Part shown: positions 61,801-64,000 of the stretch, in pieces
Layout of the letters: each line of letters begins with the position of its first letter
How positions within the stretch are numbered: the stretch's first letter is position 1
Source of the DNA: Eledone cirrhosa
Taxonomy: Eukaryota
Direction of reading: 5' to 3'
Length of the DNA stretch: 64,000 nt
NCBI GenBank assembly: GCA_964016885.1
Contig: OZ024743.1
Location: 141,298,001 to 141,362,000 of the forward strand
The notes under the pieces: model-generated
Told to the model about the DNA's origin: nothing
The model's database searches: none
The model's input: the letters and a program-made list of their open reading frames with translations, nothing else
Made by a program: the position numbers and the translations under genes

Positions 61801-64000
61801 TTTGGTGCTTGGTGCTTGGAGTTTGGTGCTTGGTGCTTGGTGTTTGGTGTTTGGCATTTGCTGTTTGCTGTTTGCTTTTTGGTGTTTGCTGTTTGCTGTT
61901 TGCTGTTTGGTGTTTGCTGTTTGGTGCTTGATGTTTGGTGCTTGGTGCTTGGCGTTTGGTGTTTGGTGTTTGGTGCTTGGTGCTTGGTGTTTGGTGCTTG
62001 GTGCTTGGTGCTGGGTGTTTGGTGCTTGGTGCTTGGTGTTTGGTGCTTGGTGCTTGTTGCTTGGTGTTTGGTCCTTGGTGCTTGGTGCTTGGGTTTTGGT
62101 GTTTGGTGCTTGCTGTTTGGTGCTTGCTCTTTGGTGCTTGGTGCTTGGTGATTCGTGTTTGGTGATTGGTGCTTGGGATTTGGTGTTTGGTGCTTGGTGT
62201 TTGGTGCTTGGTGCTTGCTGTTTGGTGTTTGGTGTTTGGTTTTGGTGCTTGGTGTTTGATGTTTGGTGTTTGGTGCTTGGTGCTTGGTGTTTGGTGCTTG
62301 GTGCCTGGTGCTTGTTGTTTGGTGTTTGGTGCTTAGTGCTTGGTGTTTGGTGTTTGGTGCTTGGTGGCTGGTGCTTGGTGCTTGGTGTTTCGTGCTTGGG
62401 GCTTGGTGCTTGGTGTTTGGTGTTTGGTGCTTGGTGTTTGGTGTTTGGTACTTGGTGCTTGGTGCTTGGTGCTTGGTGTTTGGTGCTTGGTGTTTGATGC
62501 TGCATGCTTGATGTTTGGTGATGTTTGGTGTTTGGTGCTTGGTACTTGGTGCTTGGTGTTTGGTGTTTGGTGCTTGGTGCTTGGTGTTTGGTGCTTGGTG
62601 TTTGGTGTTTGGTGTTTGATGCTTGGTGTTTGCTGCTTGGTGCTTGGTGCTTGGTGTTTTGTGTTTGGTGCTTGGTACTTGGTGATTAGTGTTTGGTGCT
62701 TGGTGCTTGCGGTTTGGTGTTTGGTGCTTGGGGTTTGGTGTTTGGTGCTTGGTGCTTGCTGCTTGGTGCTTGGTGTTTGGTGCTTGGTGCTTGGTGTTTG
62801 GTGTTTGGTGCTTGGGGTTTGGTGTTTGGTGCTTGGTGCTTGGAGTTTGGTGCTTGGTGCTTGGTGTTTGGAGTTTGGTGCTTGGTGCTTGGTGCCTGGT
62901 GCTTGGTGTTTGGTGTTTGGTGCTTAGTGGTTGGTGTTTGGTGTTTGGTGCTTGGTGCTTGGTGGCTGGTGTTTGGTGCTTGGTGTTTGGAGTTTGGTGT
63001 TTGGTGCTTGGTGCCTGGTGTTTCGTGCTTGGTGCTTGGTGCTTGGTGTCTGGTGTTTGGTGCTTGGTGTTTGGTGTTTGGTACTTGGTGCTTGGTGCTT
63101 GGTGCTTGGTGTTTGGTGCATGGTGTTTGATGCTGCGTGCTTGGTGTTTGGTGTTTGGTGCTTGGTGCTTGGTGTTTGGTATTTGGAGCTTGGTGCCTGG
63201 TGCTTGTTGTTTGGTGTTTTGTGCTTGGTGCTTGGTGTTTGGTGTTTGGCGTTTGGTGCTTGGTGCTTGGTATCTGGTTTTTGGTGCTTGATGTTTGGTG
63301 TTTGGTGCTTGGTGCTTGGTGCTTGGTGTTTGGTGTTTGGTGCTTGGTGCTTGGTGTTTGGTGCTTGGTGTTTGGTGTTTCGTGTTTGATGCTTGGTGTT
63401 TGATGCTTGGTGCTTGGTACTTGGTGTTTTGTGTTTGGTGCTTGGTGCTTGGTGCCTGCTGCTTGGTGCTTGGTGCTTGTTGTTTGGTGCTTGGTGCTTG
63501 GTGATTAGTGTTTGGTGCTTGGTGCTTGGTGCTTGGTGTTTGGTGCTTGGTGCTTGGTGTTTGGTGCTTGGTGCTTGGTGTTTGGTGTTTGGCGTTTGCT
63601 GTTTGCTGTTTGGTGTTTGGTGTTTGCTGTTTGGTGTTTGCTGTTTGGTGTTTGGTGTTTGGTGCTTGCTGTTTGGTGCTTGGTGCTTGGTGTTTGGTGT
63701 TTGGTGTTTGGTGCTTGGTGCTTGGTGTTTGGTGCTTGGTGCTTGGTGCTGGGTGTTTGGTGCTTGGTGCTTGGTGTTTGGTGCTTGGTGCTTGGTGCCT
63801 GGTGTTTGGTACTTGGTGCTTGGTGCTTGGTGCTTGGTGCTTGCTGTTTGGTGTTTGGTGTTTGGTTCTTGGTGCTTGGTGTTTGGTGTTTGGTGTTTGG
63901 TGCTTGGTGCTTGGTGCTTGGTGTTTGGTGCTTGGTGCTTGGTGATTAGTGTTTGGTGATTGGTGCTTGGGGTTTGGTGTTTGGTGCTTGGTGTTTGGTG
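56960..64000. repeat. About 3.96-kb period duplication (about 56960-60040 vs about 60920-64000), second copy truncated by the window end
   Basis: GGTACC at 57682 and 61643 (3961). ORF pairs 57519/61480 (3961), 58725/62689 and 59544/63508 (3964). Confidence 0.92.

Larger units (their letters stand above)
1..64000. repeat. Heptamer satellite array (TTGGTGY)n, about 9,100 monomers, head-to-tail, open at both window ends
   Basis: Every line parses into TTGGTGC/TTGGTGT or 1-3 substitution variants (TTGCTGT, TTGTTGT, TTGATGY, TTGGGGC, TTCGTGC, CTGGTGC, TTGGTGA, TTAGTGT). No inversion or unique insert was seen. The + strand is T/G-rich with very little A. Monomer count is 64000/7. Confidence 0.99.

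Noticed and set aside
1504-63121. Minus-strand ORFs encoding (PSTKHQA/PNTKHQT)n that look mucin-like or like the RNA polymerase II CTD heptad, e.g. 9169..10827 (552 aa)
   Set aside because: Same artefact. There is no signal peptide, no non-repetitive terminus and no frame preference, and the heptad is not YSPTSPS. Database 'hypothetical proteins' of this type would not be evidence of coding.
3-63959. Hundreds of + strand ORFs encoding (LVLGAWC/LVFGVWC)n, including 33754..35961 (735 aa)
   Set aside because: The heptamer has no stop codon in any frame and 7 is coprime with 3, so all three frames give the same 7-aa repeat. ORFs overlap in all frames, mostly start at TTG/GTG, end at random A-containing variants and have no unique domain.
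1-64000. CRISPR-like or other repeat-spacer array
   Set aside because: No unique spacers between constant repeats, no leader and no cas or reverse transcriptase gene. The variable words are mutated monomers copied in blocks.
1-64000. Canonical telomerase-synthesised tract
   Set aside because: No TTAGGG or TTTAGGG array. High variant load with kb-scale copied patterns is not what templated addition yields. A non-canonical terminal role remains open and is listed in findings.
1-64000. Bacterial heptamer repeats (cyanobacterial STRR type) or phase-variation repeats
   Set aside because: Those are short tracts between or inside genes. A gene-free array of at least 64 kb does not fit, although the taxon cannot be proven here.
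1-64000. Sequencing or basecalling artefact, or synthetic data-encoding DNA
   Set aside because: Specific rare variants and 6-bp units are reproduced faithfully in copies kilobases apart with nested, tree-like sharing, which fits real duplication history. Individual copy numbers could still be misassembled.
1-64000. Hairpins, inverted repeats, terminators, promoters, tRNA/rRNA or transposon ends
   Set aside because: The strand is nearly A-free and never inverts, so only tiny palindromes occur (GTAC, GGTACC, TTAA, CTAG, TGCATGC-like). No non-satellite sequence is present.

Overview
The whole 64-kb window is one uninterrupted, single-orientation tandem array of a 7-bp monomer, consensus TTGGTGY (TTGGTGC and TTGGTGT intermixed; minus strand RCACCAA). 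It runs off both ends of the window. I found no unique sequence, credible gene, RNA gene, transposon or CRISPR array. All listed ORFs are translations of the heptamer (LVLGAWC-type on +, PSTKHQA-type on -). The real information is in the variants. Rare substitutions form landmark words (GTTAAG, GTATGTAC, GCGTGGGACTTAG, CTTRACGC, GGTACC and others) that recur in conserved order. They show the array was built by nested block duplications of about 70 bp to 4.7 kb, with related copies up to about 14 kb apart and no single fixed higher-order period. There is a variant-subfamily transition at about 40-43 kb, and a recently amplified, near-identical domain at about 50-64 kb. The most likely identity is eukaryotic satellite DNA (centromeric, pericentromeric, subtelomeric or telomere-like). 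Organism and function cannot be determined from this window, and I see no protein-coding system. Offsets were read by hand from landmark positions and the ORF track, so block boundaries are approximate.
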